In this document: one piece after another, positions 11,823 to 24,889 of the stretch
Layout of the letters: every line of letters begins with the position of its first letter
Position numbering within the stretch: position 1 is the stretch's first letter
NCBI GenBank assembly: GCA_043228905.1
Contig: JBHGNT010000017.1
Coordinates: 6,014,001-6,078,000, forward strand
Length of the DNA stretch: 64,000 nucleotides
Source of the DNA: Azolla caroliniana
Taxonomy: Eukaryota > Plantae > Polypodiophyta
Reading direction: 5' to 3'
Notes under the pieces: generated by a model
Told to the model about the DNA's origin: nothing
The model's input: only the letters and a program-made list of their open reading frames with translations
The model's database searches: none
Position numbers and translations under genes: made by a program

Positions 11823-14550
11823 CTCCGGTTACGGCCGTGTACGTAGATGCCCCATCCGGACCGATTCGTACTTGTTTTGCTCCGAGAGTTTTTCCTATGC
11901 GGGGTATCAGGGCTTCTCGGACTATCACTTCCCCACTCCGCAACAGTCCGCTCTAAAAATTCATCCTTGTTTGGGACAAGAGCTCTCTCTTGTTCCTTTC
12001 CTTATTTTCCGACACAGTTAGGAATTGGACGGATTTCCCTCCGCTTTGGCTCCGAATTCGTGCGAAAGCCGCACCGTTATCGAGCACCTTCATCTCCATT
12101 CTTGATGCCGTGATAAATGGTTGCCCGAGGATCACGAAATGTGAAACCTTGTCTTGTATGAAGAAATTTTGGTCGATCTTGGCATCCCCAATCTTCACCG
12201 TCACATCCGGACAAGCCGCAAATAGATCTTCCATTCCTTTACTGGCTGCCCGAATCTTCCATCCATGTTTAGTGTTTATAGGCCACTTCCCCTTCCGATA
12301 GAACTCCTTGGAGATCAAATTGATCTCTGATCCGTGATCAATCAATGCTAACACGGGCTCTTTGATGTTGCCGATTCGGACCGGAGTCTCCGTAGTTGCA
12401 CGTGCCCAGTGTGGTTTTGTGTAGTAGGAGTTCGGTATTTCGTCCTCCACTTTAGTGTCATTCATTAAGACGGTATTTGCATTCACCCTTGGAGCATTTT
12501 CCTCCGTACTTTGTCTTTTTCTCTTCACGAGATCCACAAGAAGATCGTGGAACTCCTTCTTCGTTATTCCGAATAATTCCCGAAGCGAAAATTCTACCCG
12601 GCTATCGACGATTCTCTCTTCGAACACCTTTTTCAAGTCCGTTTGTTGTTCGATGTTCGAGGCAAGCTTGAATGCCGGAATCATCTTTTCTTTTCCCTTC
12701 CCTCCGGAGTTCCAGCTTTCCGGTGTCTTTGATGGTCCGGCCACATCATCCGTGCGCCGTCGTTTTTCATCTACATACACTTCATGCAATTGACATAGCG
12801 CATGTACGCTATTCTTATCTACGGGGCACTCCCATCCCGTAGCTTCCCAGATACATTCCGCGGCCCTTCGGAGTTCATCATGATCATCTTTCTTCAAAAT
12901 TTCTAACACTTCCGGCCAAAAAGACACCTTTGCTGTAGATGACTCCCCCACACGTATTCCCGCGGTTGTCGCATAATTGTCTTTCGCCGCGATCTCCTCC
13001 TCTAGGACCTTCTTCATGCCGCCTTTCCGGAAGTTCGGTCAGAGTGGCTTCCGAGAATCCATCGAATGAATTTGATTTCCCTCGTAGTAGATAAGATCCC
13101 GTCATAACGCCTCCTTGTCCTCGTCGCAATCTCTCCGATCATGTTCGGTGCTATCACACCATATGCATCGACGGTCCATGAACTTGGAACTTGTGGGACG
13201 GTCTTCCGTCTTCTTCACCATTGTGATTTTTAGATTCTCCATCTCCTTCAGTAATTGCTCCACCGTGGTTGCGTCGATTCCCTTCTCGGTCGTAGTCTCC
13301 CGAGCCCGCGGTTGATCGTCTTCCGTTCCGGATCTCGGTTTCAGAATCGGTTCCGAAACCCTCTTTTCTTCATTGGCAAGCCATTGCCCCTTCTTTGTGT
13401 ATCGCGCGACAATATCCCGCACACTTTCCCATGTTTCGGTGAGGCCACTCTCGGTAGTCGTGTCCTCTAGAAGCACTCCAGGATCCTTCGGGTCCTAGAT
13501 GTCTACGGCTCATAAGAACATGATAACTTTGTCCGATGCGAGGATAGCTTGATATCTCGTAGACAACCTCCCAAACCGACTTTCGAATGCCGAAACACAT
13601 CGACGACCTTCATCCCTTTGTCCGGCGTTTCCACCCAATCTTCAAATCCTCTCCTCGTTGCCTTGGAGGAATCCTCGATGGCGAATGTGATCTTTAGGGC
13701 CTCTTCAAACGCTTCCCACGTCGGATTTTGTTGTCGTAGCCCGTGGATACTTGCTTGAAGCCCGTCAGTAGCTACCCGGTTAAAGGATGTCACTTGCAAT
13801 CCTTCCGAAATCCCGCACCGTATCATTTCCGCCTTGTAGTCCCGAAGATAGCGTGATACGTCCTTTCCGTTGAATTGCCGAATTCATTGCACGAGCCGCT
13901 CTATTGCCACTGCTATCTCCGACATCGCACGTTGTTCTTGAAGCATCCGCTCGAACATCATCATCATGTTGTTAGCCTCTTGTTGATTTTCCATCTCCTT
14001 GCCACCCGTTTTCACGTCGGGTTCACCACTTGTGTTGTGCCTTTCGGCGTCGGATCGTTTGTGTGAGTCGGGTGGGAACCGCTGGGGTTTTGGACTAGGA
14101 GAAAGAAGAATATGAGATAATGTTAGTTAGGAAGAGATTGTAAGAAGAAGATATGAAACTCGTGAATCCCAGGAGTATAATGCATTAATGGGTAATTAGA
14201 TTGTAAGAGAGAATTAGATGATAAAATCATGAATCCCACGAATATTTTGTATTAATCAATCCTTCTAAAAAAAATCAACAACCCTATACATCTTTCTCTC
14301 TTCCTTATATAGTGTTGGAAGAGTCTAAGTTTATCACATGCAAGCATCATGCTTTTCCTAACTTTAGTTTTCATGCACACTGCATGTGCATGATTAGTTT
14401 TACTTTAGTTTTCATGCACACTACATGTGCATGATTAGCTTTCTATCCCATCTTTTCTTTTTAACTCGAGTGTGTATGCATGAATAACTTTTTGTACCAT
14501 GCATATCTAGAATATTTACATGGGATAAAGTTTAGTATAACTTTAAAATT

Positions 14551-14624
14551 CATAGTATGCTAGTATAGTGGTAAGGCTGGGGTTTGTCTATGTGGAGGTA
14601 TAGGGTTTGAATCCTGCCCTATGC
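14551..14624 (+). promoter_or_regulatory. Second copy of the tRNA-like A/B-box module, in the other LTR of element B
   Basis: Same TAGTATAGTGGTAAG...GGTTTGAATCC arrangement. Confidence 0.6.
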
Positions 14625-16544
14625 ATGTAATAAATATTTTAAATATTTTATTTTTATTTATTATACCTACTCTAAATCGGATATAGTGTTTTACATATTT
14701 CACATAGTGTGTGATTCACACTACGACGCCGCTTGTTGTCTTTTACATTTGATAAGATTGACGATGGTCTCATGGAACTCCTTCTTTGTAATTCCAAGTA
14801 GTTCTCTCAATGTAAGATCATTACGGCTATCGAGCACTCTTTCTTCAAGAACCTTTCTTAAGTTAGTTGTTTGTTCAATATCCGACCTTAATTTGTATGT
14901 TGGCGTTGATCTATCCTTCCCCTTCTTGGCATTCTCTTCAATGGGTTGAGTTAGTTCCTCGGCTCTCTTATTTGAGCTTCCATCTTCTTGACGTGTGGTC
15001 TTGATCATCTCTTCCTTCTTCTTAAAGCTTCTTGTGTCATGTTTCTTAGAAGGGCCTTCATCTAGATCCGTCCTCTTCCACTTCTCATCCACAAACACTT
15101 TGTGGGTTTCGCATATGACCTCTGCGGAGATAGTGTTGTTATCAACCAGATCCGCCCACCCAGTAAGGTCTCATACATGAAGGTTGGCTAGCTTTGCATC
15201 ATCCGAATTAATCTTCCCTCTTTTTTTTCGTATTTGAGGACGATCAGCCAAAACCTCGTTCCCGGTTTAATCATTCCAAGCTTCTCCTTCCCAATTCTTA
15301 TACCGACGGATGCAGCATAGTGTATAGCTTCGACATGGCTTGCATCGGCCTCATCCATGATTTTCTTTAGGCCCCCCCCTACCGAAATTCACTTGCAAGG
15401 GCTTTCGAGTCTCACTTGAGTGTATAATGTTGCCTTCCATGTAGACGAGGTTTTGTCAAATTGCCTCTTGAAGGCTAGCATAATCTTTCCTTGCATGATC
15501 AACACTATCACACCATACACATCTATATGGGTCTTTTCCCTTCGGCCCTCTATGACTCATATTAGCTAACGAAACCGCTTCGAATTTTCATGCCAACTCT
15601 TCAATGACAGAGTTCTCCATTGCTCTTTTGGTCGGCTCGCTTTGCTTTGTCATCTCAGTTGCTATTGCAACCTTTCTTCTTTGGACTACCGGCCCCACCA
15701 TGTCGGAATCATCTAGCCATTGACGAAGTTTGTCAAATCGATCACATGCTCTTCTTACCACAACCCAATCCGTTATGAGACCATTGGGTTGTGCTTCATC
15801 CTCTAATAGACTACCTAGTTCTCGTCTATCTTTTGCATCCACCACCTTTAAGAAGTACAAAACTTTATCTCCTTCGAGAATTGTTTGGTCGGTTCTCGGG
15901 AGACGGTTGTACATTTGGTCAAATTTAGTGTACACTCCCGATGTGTTCATGTTCTTCCCCTTCTTCTCGATCCACTTCATCAACGTATGACGAGTCATCC
16001 TCGATACATCTTCAAGCATATATTCAGCCAAAAGCGTCGTTTCAAATCCCACCCATGTTGTTTGGGCGGCTTGAATCTCCCTTATACGTCCTTGTAACCC
16101 AATAGCTGCGACACGCTTGAAGCTTGATATTTGCTTCTTTTCGATGACATCATGTTGTTGCATCTTCATCTTTTATGTAGCGAGAAAATCCATAATGTTT
16201 CTTCCACCAAATTGATCGGCTATCTCAACGGTTCTGTCGATGGCCTTGTCTAAGCTTGCATCATTATCTCGAGCTCTCATCATATGCTCGACAATAGCCA
16301 CCAACTTTGCCACTTCATTAGCTTGGGTGTTTGAAGAAGAAGCCATCTTCTAATCTTCTATTTCAAGCACTTGATCTGTCCTACCACCTCTTCACGTTAG
16401 GTTCACCACTTTACTATGTCGCGAAAATCCGTCATTATGTGCGGATCATGAGGCGGAACCACCAAAGTTATGGACGGGAAGGAAATAGGGCTTACGCGCA
16501 CAACACAAGGAAGTCTTACCCAATCAATGCACGAGTATTCGAAC

Positions 16545-17270
16545 GTGTTTGTGAAAAGGAGAGGTGATGGGCAAGCCCGAATCAACCCCTAGTCACAAGG
16601 CAAACGAATGCACGTGAGGAAGGCTTACACATGGACACACAAGGAAAAGGCTTACTTACACACACGAGAGACAGAGTTTTGAATGCCTTTGTGAAAAGAG
16701 AGGTGCATGGGCAAAAGCCCGAACGCTCCCTTGTTACAAAACATGCGAACACACAAGCAAGGTTTATACACAGGAGACACAATATCGAACTCCTTTGTGA
16801 AAGGAGAGGTGCATGGGCAAGCCCAAACACTCCCTTGCCACAAGTCGCATGAACACACAAGCAAGGTTTACACACGGGAGACACAATTTCAAACGCATTT
16901 GTGAAAGGAGAGGTGCATGGGCAAGCCCGAACGCTCCCTTGCCACAAGTTGCACGAACACACAAGCAAGGTTTACACACGGGAGACACAATTTCAAACAC
17001 CTTTGTGAAAGGAGAGGTGCATGGGCAAGCCCAAACGCTCCCTTGCCACAAGTCGCACGAACACACAAGTAAGATTTACACTAACACGCAATACACGATT
17101 TCGAACACCTTTGTGAAAGGAGAGGTGCATGGGCAAGCCCAAACGCTCCCTTACCACAAGTTGCACGAACACACAAGCAAGATTTACACTAACACGCAGG
17201 ACACGTAAGTTTGAATGCCTTTGTGAAAGGAGAGGTGCATGGGCAAGCCCGAAACACTCCCTTGTCACAA
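16545..17270. repeat. Tandem array of about 7 units (mostly 104-110 bp) inside the LTR of element A
   Basis: Core GAGGTGCATGGGCAAGCCC at about 16561, 16700, 16806, 16910, 17014, 17122, 17232. Confidence 0.9.
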
Positions 17271-20200
17271 GACACACAAACAAATAAGCACAGATGACAA
17301 TAACAAATAAGCACAATCAAGATCTACACATAAGACAAGTAGATGAAAGAAAACATTAGTTTATATCAATATAATAGATTCCTTTATAATATAAGAATCA
17401 TGTTACAATGGATTGGATGCGTATATGAAGGATTGTTTATAAATGAATGGGGGAAGAGAGGTGGAGTATAGAAGGAGATTCTTTGTTGATGATGCCTCTC
17501 GATGTTGTTGATCCTTCTTCTTCCGCTTTCCAATTGAGTAGAGCTTCCGCGTTCCTTCTCCCTCCCCCCCCCCCCTTCTTCACTAGAATAGGCTCTTATT
17601 TATAGGTGTAGGATTGCTTGCCTTTTTCCCCTAAAAAAAAACTTGTCTATATGAGTCGACTTTTCTTTTCCTCACTATTTTTGTTTTCTAACCCCAAATT
17701 TCACATGCAAGATATTCTTGGAAAGATCTTTGGGTTAGCTTTCTTATGTATCTTTTCTTTTCTAATTTGGACATTTGACGAGGAAATTATGAGCTTTTTA
17801 CTCGAGCGCTCTCCTCATATCCACGGCTAGCTTTTCTTTTACCATCTTTTTCTCTATTTTTGTCTACTTTCGAAAACCTCTTCTAACTTTTTATCCTTTC
17901 ATTTATTACTATAGTTGACTTAAGAAATTTAGTTTATTTGGACCACTATTTTATTCTCTTTTGAGGGTGGTTTCACACTATGTGTCGAAAACATCACGAC
18001 ACCGGCCTAGGAACAAGCAACAAGGAGAGTAATGTAATGCTTCACATCTAGTGTCGAAGATCAACAACTCAACTACATCCACGACGCCAAGATGCCAAAG
18101 GATGCTTGGGCAAATCTGAAGAAGCTTTTTGCCGCAAATACAATGGCCAGGAAATTACAGCTCAGGCAGGAGCTGAGCAATGTCCGATAGAGAGATATGT
18201 CGGTGGCCAACTATACCTCCACGATAAAGGAGATCTGTGACTCTCTTGCGTCTGTCAACATAATGGTGGAAGAAGACAAGATGGTGCAAGTTTGCCTCGA
18301 AGGCCTAACGTCTAAGTTCGGATGATTCCGAAGGGTGGTCTCCACGAGAGAGAATACGTCATCGTTCTTCGAGCTACAATCAATGTTGCTCGTTGACGAA
18401 AACCACACGTGTGCATCGACAAGCACGCACAGCAACAACAAGATGTTGTACACGGAGGCAAATCAACATGCAGTGGAGGCGGTAGACAAGAGCAAAACCA
18501 TTGTCATAATAGAAATGCTTACAGTAGTTCGGAACCCTCCACGAGCAGGGGGAATCATGACGGTGCTGGAAGTTGGCAAGGAAAGATCGTGACGGATTGT
18601 TGGTATTGTGGCTAAAAGGGCCACATAGAGAACGAGTGTTGGAAGAAGCGTGCCAATTCGAACTGGGCCGAGGTGACGTAGATAAGCGTCAAAGATCGCA
18701 CTACGTTGAAGGCTCAAGGCAAGCTGGAACAGACCCTACCTTCTTCATGAAGCACTAAAAGCGAACTCGATGGAGGCAAGCACCTCAAAGTCAAACGAGG
18801 TGTGGTACATGGATTCCGGAGCATCAAACCATATGACAAATTACAAGGAGTGGTTCTTGATGCTAGAGAAGCCGGAACAGTCGAGGGTCGTCGAAACTGG
18901 CGATGACACCCCTCACCCCATCGAACATATCAGAGATGTCCCTCTTAGGCATGTTGGTTAGAGAGGAATCATGAGAAATTTCTAGCATGTGCCAACAATC
19001 AACAAGAACTTGGTGTTGGTCGGACAAATTGTCGATCAGGGCATGCAAGTTTGATTTACTCACCTCGACTGCTTCATAGAGGAAGAAGGTCGGATTATTG
19101 AGCAAGGGCGCTGAGAAGGGAGGAGGTTTATCCTTGAGATGAATGACGTTGGAGCCGCTATGTTCGCGCAAGGGCAAAAGGTCAAATTAGATATCAACCT
19201 GTGGCACAGGTGGTTCGGCCATGTCAACTTCCCGCGGCTTCGAGAAATGTAGACAAAGAACATAGTTTTCGGTTTGCTAAATTTAGTGCTCAAAATGGCC
19301 AAGTCTGCGAAGCCTATCAACTCAGGAAGTAGCACCGACTTCCACTCCCCAACGAGCTTAATCGGAGCTGTAACAAGCTCGATTTGATCCATTCGGATGT
19401 GTAGAGGCCGACGTAGAATGTGAGTATCGGTGGGAGTCGTTACTTCGTAACCTTCATCGATGACTACACTCAACACACCTAGACATGCTTGATCGAGAAG
19501 AAAAGCGAAGTCTTCTCCTGTTTTCTCAAGGTGAAGAGCCTTGTTGAACGGGAGACCAGAAAGAAGATCAAGTGCCTAAGGTCTTATGGTAGAAAAGAGT
19601 ACTTTTCCAACCAATTCTCAAGCTATCTGCAAAAGGAGGGAATTTGGCGCGAATTCTACTACAGATACACACAGGAACAAAACAGTGTGGCCAAGCGGAA
19701 GAATCGGACAATTGAGGAAGTGGCAAGGGCAATGCTCGAGGAGAAGAGCATGCCCAAGTTCTATTGGGTTGAAGCGATCAGCACAACCATGTACCTTCAG
19801 AATCGGACATCTGCAGCTAGAGGAAAAGTGTTGCCACACAAGTTGTACTTCGGGAAGAAGTCAAACTTGGCACACTTGAGGGTGTTCGGCAACATAGCAT
19901 ATGTGCATGTGTCGAAGGAGAAGTGGAGGAAGCTAGACGCCAAAGCGGAGAAGTGTAGCTTAGTCGGCTACTTGGACATGCAGAAGGGTTATAAGTGTTA
20001 TAACGCTCGAACAAAACAGGTTCGAGTTAGTCGAGATGTCGTATTCGATGAATCGGCTTCATTGTACTTGCCTCCATCTCCAACTTCCATTAACTCCATT
20101 CCGAATTCAGAAGATGAGGCCAGTGAGGCCGAGATGCCCCTGGATGAAGAAGAAGTTGGAGCGGGAACGAATCAGAGACAACTGATTTGGTCGAGAGGCA

Positions 20201-20415
20201 TGGTTAGGACGAGCTGAATTGTATGAAGGTCAAGTGGACAAAAAGGTAGCCGAAGCCGACACCAATACGGAGGAGCCGACAAGTCAAGGGGTGCCAATGC
20301 CACAATAGCGAGGAAGTCGATAAGGGCCTGAAGAGCAGATGAGCCGACCGCAGGTGTCGAGGTGCGCGAAACCAGACGAGTCAAAGAGTGTCAGACCAGA
20401 GAAGTCGTGGAACGT

Positions 20416-21195
20416 TGTCGTGAGGATTTTCAGCCATGGTGGGAAAACCCAAGTGAGACGAATAAAACGAGATGTGCAACATTGCACATACTTAGAGAAT
20501 TTGTAACATAGGAGTAAATAAACAAATGTAAAGTGTAAGGTGTTAAAGTGTTCTACGAAAATTTGTTAAGTGTAAATGTGATGTGCACATGCGCAAGTAG
20601 AAAAGGGCAGTACATGGGAGTATGAATGTAGTGGGTAGTGGCATTGAATGTGTAAGGGGAGAGAGTTAAAGGCCCATCAATCTAAGACCAAGGGAGATAT
20701 TCCCCATTAAAAGAAGGGGATTTGACTCATCTTTAAGAAATGTGCCTCACCCCTTACTACTATAAAAGGGAGTGACGGGTCACTTTTGAGGGGGTCACCA
20801 TTTTATCATTTTGGGGGTAGACCATTAGGGTTTTAGTTATTCTTATCCCTTTTCGTTTTAGGGTATTGCTTCGAGGTTCCACTCTCTATTATTTCCTTTC
20901 ATTAGGGTTTTCTTCTTCTTTTCCCCCTATCTGGTTAGGGTTTCATCTAGAGGGTTTACATTCGGCCTACGCGGCCATGGTTGTAATTCATGTGGTGTTT
21001 TTGTAATATAATCATTCGATGAATCTTGTATTCTCTTGTCTCTAATCTTAATCTCTCCAATCTTAACCTCTCGAGTCTTAATCTTTCTCGTCCTTCTCAG
21101 TTGAACTCCCAAGCTTCTCTCCCTTCTCTTACTCCCTAGTCCAAGACCCCCGTGGTCCCGCCATTTCCGACACGCATGCGCGGATTTCTGCAACA
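20416..21195 (+). mobile_element. Solo LTR (780 bp), related to the Gypsy LTR starting at 37596
   Basis: TGTCGTG...GCAACA termini; TSD ACGT (20412-20415 / 21196-21199); TATAAAA near 20761; both ends homologous to the ends of 37596-49903. Confidence 0.9.
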
Positions 21196-23519
21196 ACGTA
21201 GGATCAAACCGAACGATGAGCGCGAGCAAGGCTTGAAGACACCAAGAGAAGCAAGAGGCTAAAACCAATTGGATCTGACACATCGGGACCGCAAGTTGAG
21301 CTTGAGGTGGAGTGTTAAGCGAGCAAGCTCAACTTGGGACGATCAATGAAAAAAGTCAAGAATCATAATTGGATGGAAACCAATCGGTTAGGCTTGGATT
21401 GATTGAATAAACCAAGAGCCCGATCGGTTAGGCCGAGTCGAATGGAATTTGAGAGGCCGTTAGGGGCTTATATTCTTATTTTAGTAAATATGAAGGAATA
21501 TTATAGGCAATTTAGTGTTAGGCTCATTCATGAACATCAAAGTACTGATAGTACTTATGTCAGCCCATTCATCATTGTTTGTATAAAAAGTGATTAGTAA
21601 GCACATTATATGTACATAGAACATTTTGCTAATAGAAGTTTTGTTGTTCACTCTATTTTTGTTTCTCTCTCGCTGTGTATTTCTGTTTTGTGTTTTTACT
21701 TAAATGTTGTATTTCCAAATAACCAACTATGTATTCTATGCTTTGTCTACCGCTTCCGCACGTAATCTTTTACATAGTAGTATAGCCAATAATTTAGTGA
21801 CAACTTTTAAATCTATTTCAAATGCTCCTACCATAGATAGATTGGACCATTCCACTACAACCTATCATGTTTTGGAAAAACATTCCTTTGGTTCCTACAT
21901 GGCTATATTTACTTTACTCAATACACACATTTGTATATGTATGGTTCACAGAAATTGCGAAGTTCCAATGCTTAAGTAGTCCCAACACAAAATTAATCTC
22001 ATTTGTTATACATTGCTCTCCCTCTCTTTGGTTGACAGCTTGATTGTTTTTACACTATAGCATAGGAATCCAAAAACTAAGAGACCAAGTTTAATCTTCA
22101 TCAGTGGCTTGGCACCTCAATCATATTGGTCTCCCATGGATAGATGGTAATAATTTATCTCTCAATCCTGTGGCATGAGAATCCACATTTTCAGCACAAA
22201 GGGATATACTTGCAATACAGGTTAAGTATGTTCACATATTTTATACTCCATGCAAATAATGTGGCATCAATATTTTTATTACTGTATTCCACAAGCATGA
22301 TAAAATAACCAAATTCTAGATAAATACAAATTATGTTAAACATAACTAGAGATCAACAATCCACCTTCATCTGGTCAATTATGATCACATCATTGTATGG
22401 TATTGCCTTACTAAGTTCTAGTTCAAAACAACATGTCTAAAAATCTCATATAGTAACATGTCTTTCAATATTAAGTTTATACAATGTCCATCAATCTCAC
22501 AAACCATATAGATCCTAGAACATACATCATGTTGAACAAATTTCTCAACCCTGAGATAAACACTTCTTTCAAAAAGCAATAATGAATATTCTGTAATATT
22601 AAGTAGCACTTAGAACTGTTTGGACATCCATCAATAAGCTTCAAGATTAAGTCCAAATTCACTATGTTAACTGCACAACATCCAGCAACATACGAGTTAA
22701 AATGACATGGGGTTTATACATATACATACATACATACATACATATATATACACACATTGGCCTCTATTGTTCTATCTAATCTTTCCCTCTCTCACATTAG
22801 GATGAAGTGCAAGAAAACAACGTCAAATCATAAAGAAGATTTAAAAAGTCATTTACAAGAGATACATGGTTATTCTAGATCCGTAAGGTCATAGCAAAAC
22901 AAATATTTACAGAAAAATACATGCAATGAACTGTTGTTGAATCATATTTATTATGAGAACATTACACCTTTGCTTATGCTGTCTTATTTAGTGCGAATTT
23001 CTCTCTTGATTTAATCACAAATTAGAAATTTCCCAACAGTACTCGATACATAAGTGGCTACACAGATTTGGGGCAGAAAACTCACGTTGGATCAGCTTTG
23101 TCACTACGTATAATATAATTTGTTCTATCAATGTCATGATCTAAAGCAAATTTATATACTTGCAAATAACCAGGTAACTCCTAGGGTATACTTATCGACG
23201 TATCCATGCCAGACTAATTTGGCTAATGAGAAATAACCAATGGTCAGGTGACTTACTAGACTAAATTGGCTGAAGAAGTTACTGATAAACAATGTTTTAA
23301 AATTGACCAACTCTTGGGCATTTGGTTACCTTTAACCACCTTCCTAGACCATCTATGAGCTGTGTTGTAGGTTAAATGACACATGTGCAATATGGGTGTG
23401 ATTGTTGGTGATCTTGCACAATTGGAAGGTCTACTCCCATTTGATGAGACATTGATCAACTGCATCAGCAGTCTGAGCTGAAACACCAACTGCATATTTC
23501 AGTGGTTTCAATCCTTTAT

Positions 23520-24250
23520 GGAATACTTGGGTTTAAGGGATCCTCGTGGGATGTTAATGGGCTTAGGATTGAGTTGTAGTACGCCAAGTGCCTCAAAATT
23601 TTGAGCAATATGAGAGACATGTCAGATATGGCCAAGAGAAATATCTGATCCACTGTGATCGCCACTTCCACGTTGCCCGTCATCGAACAATGTTCGGGAG
23701 TTGACATAATTTTTATGGTTTTCCAGGTTTTACCACAAATTCATCCACACATATGCTTTCTCCGTTACACCTTTGGCAGATTTGTTGAAGTTCAATGTGG
23801 TCTAAGATTGGATACTGCACATCTTAGACATTGATGCTAATGGCGTAGCTATAGAGGTCATCCTCATTCAACAAAATAGACCCATCGCTTTCAAGAGCAA
23901 GAAGATTTCTGTGCAGAGGAGGAAGTGGCCCACACATTGGCTAGAGCCGTATGTAACATTCATGCACTCAAGACATGATGTCACTACCTGTATGGAGCTG
24001 AACTCAAAACCTTGACCTAGCATGCCACTTTGAAGTTCTTCTACACTTAATTGGAACTCAGGGGTCACCAAGGTTGATGGGTGCAACTCATGGAAGAGTT
24101 CCACATGGAAATTGGGTATCATAGAGGGAAAGATACCATAGAATTAAAGTTTTGTCTAGACATGTGTGCACTAAATGAGTTTCAATATATTCGAAAGTGA
24201 AATGCCACATGCTCACAATAAGCTTAGAAAATGCACACATCTATTTAGAA
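23520..24250 (+). pseudogene. Highly degenerate Gypsy (chromovirus-like) RT C-terminus/RNase H relic
   Basis: Broken translation IDANGVAIEVILIQQNRPIAFKSKK, resembling TDASxxAIGAVLxQxxxPIAFESRK. Confidence 0.6.
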
Positions 24251-24889
24251 TAACTGGTCCTAGGCTAGGAATTGTGAGTTTTAGACTGTGAGGTCGATGC
24301 AAGGAGTGTGAGTGGTATACAATCGGTGGGTGTGTGTGAGAGGGAGAGTGTTAGCTAAAGAATACAAATGTGTGTGTGTGAGAGAGAGAGATACACTAAA
24401 AACTAATTCATATTAAGAAACTTAAAAGGTAATACAAAGAAATGGTCGATGTGAGAGCAGCTCTTTATTAGACCACCACCCTCAAAGTTCCCTGTTGAGC
24501 AAAGATTTAATTAGAATAACTGGTCCTAACTGGTCCTAGGCTAGCAGCACAGAAAATACTAGTGAGAGTAGCTCTTTATTAGACCACCACCCTCAAAGTT
24601 CCCTGACGAGCTAGGATTTCTCAAGAAAGAAAGAAATATACATTAATGTCTTTTAAGAGGCCAAAACAGCCTATACGACCAAACAAGAGACTACATCTAA
24701 AATGTTGTCTTGTGTTTGAGAACAACAAACCAAAATAAATGTTGCTAAGTAATAAAAAGTAAATAAGATAAAAAGTGACTAAAAAATATTGTTATCGGCA
24801 AATGTAAGATTCTCAAGTCAGATATATTGTAATTTTTGTCTTTGAAAAATCTCTAGCATATGTTGATTCAGAATTACGAGGTCTCTGAG

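Larger units (their letters stand above)
8080..14728 (-). mobile_element. Ty3/Gypsy element B (Phygy/Selgy-like), tRNA-Trp primed, nested in gag-PR of element A
   Basis: LTRs 8080-8733 and 14033-14728; TSD TCGC/CCGC, and removing the insert restores host frame QQA|NEEEG. 18-nt Trp PBS 14011-14028; PPT GGAGGGGGCGAG 8734-8745. gag from about 13994, PR in 11953-13017, RT N-terminus 10375-11340, INT 8789-10181. Confidence 0.92.
1477..18001 (-). mobile_element. Ty3/Gypsy element A (non-chromovirus, Phygy/Selgy-like), tRNA-Trp primed, RT-INT deleted
   Basis: Termini TGTCGTG...CACGACA with TSD CCGG (1473-1476 / 18002-18005). 5' LTR 16417-18001; truncated 3' LTR 1477-1825 plus 7288-7353. Degenerate Trp PBS 16391-16408. 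gag from ATG 16346; protease ALIDHGSEINLM within 7516-7941. Confidence 0.85.
1149..21774 (+). mobile_element. Old Ty1/Copia host element (same family as 1-1148), internally deleted, carrying several nested insertions
   Basis: 5' LTR remnant 1149-1218 and PBS TGGTATCAGAGC 1219-1230. gag starts 1311, breaks at 1476 and resumes at 18002. PR motif WYMDSGASNHMT near 18800; integrase about 19370-20060; no RT/RH seen. Degenerate PPT TTGAGGTGGAG precedes 3' LTR 21313-21774, whose end matches 1149-1218. Confidence 0.85.

Noticed and set aside
11953-11955. Stop-codon readthrough between PR and RT in element B
   Set aside because: Currently in frame, but comparison with element A favours the -1 frame plus a later indel.
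14011-14028. tRNA-Trp gene fragment (also 16391, 49908)
   Set aside because: Only the 3' 18 nt including CCA, next to an LTR; these are primer-binding sites.
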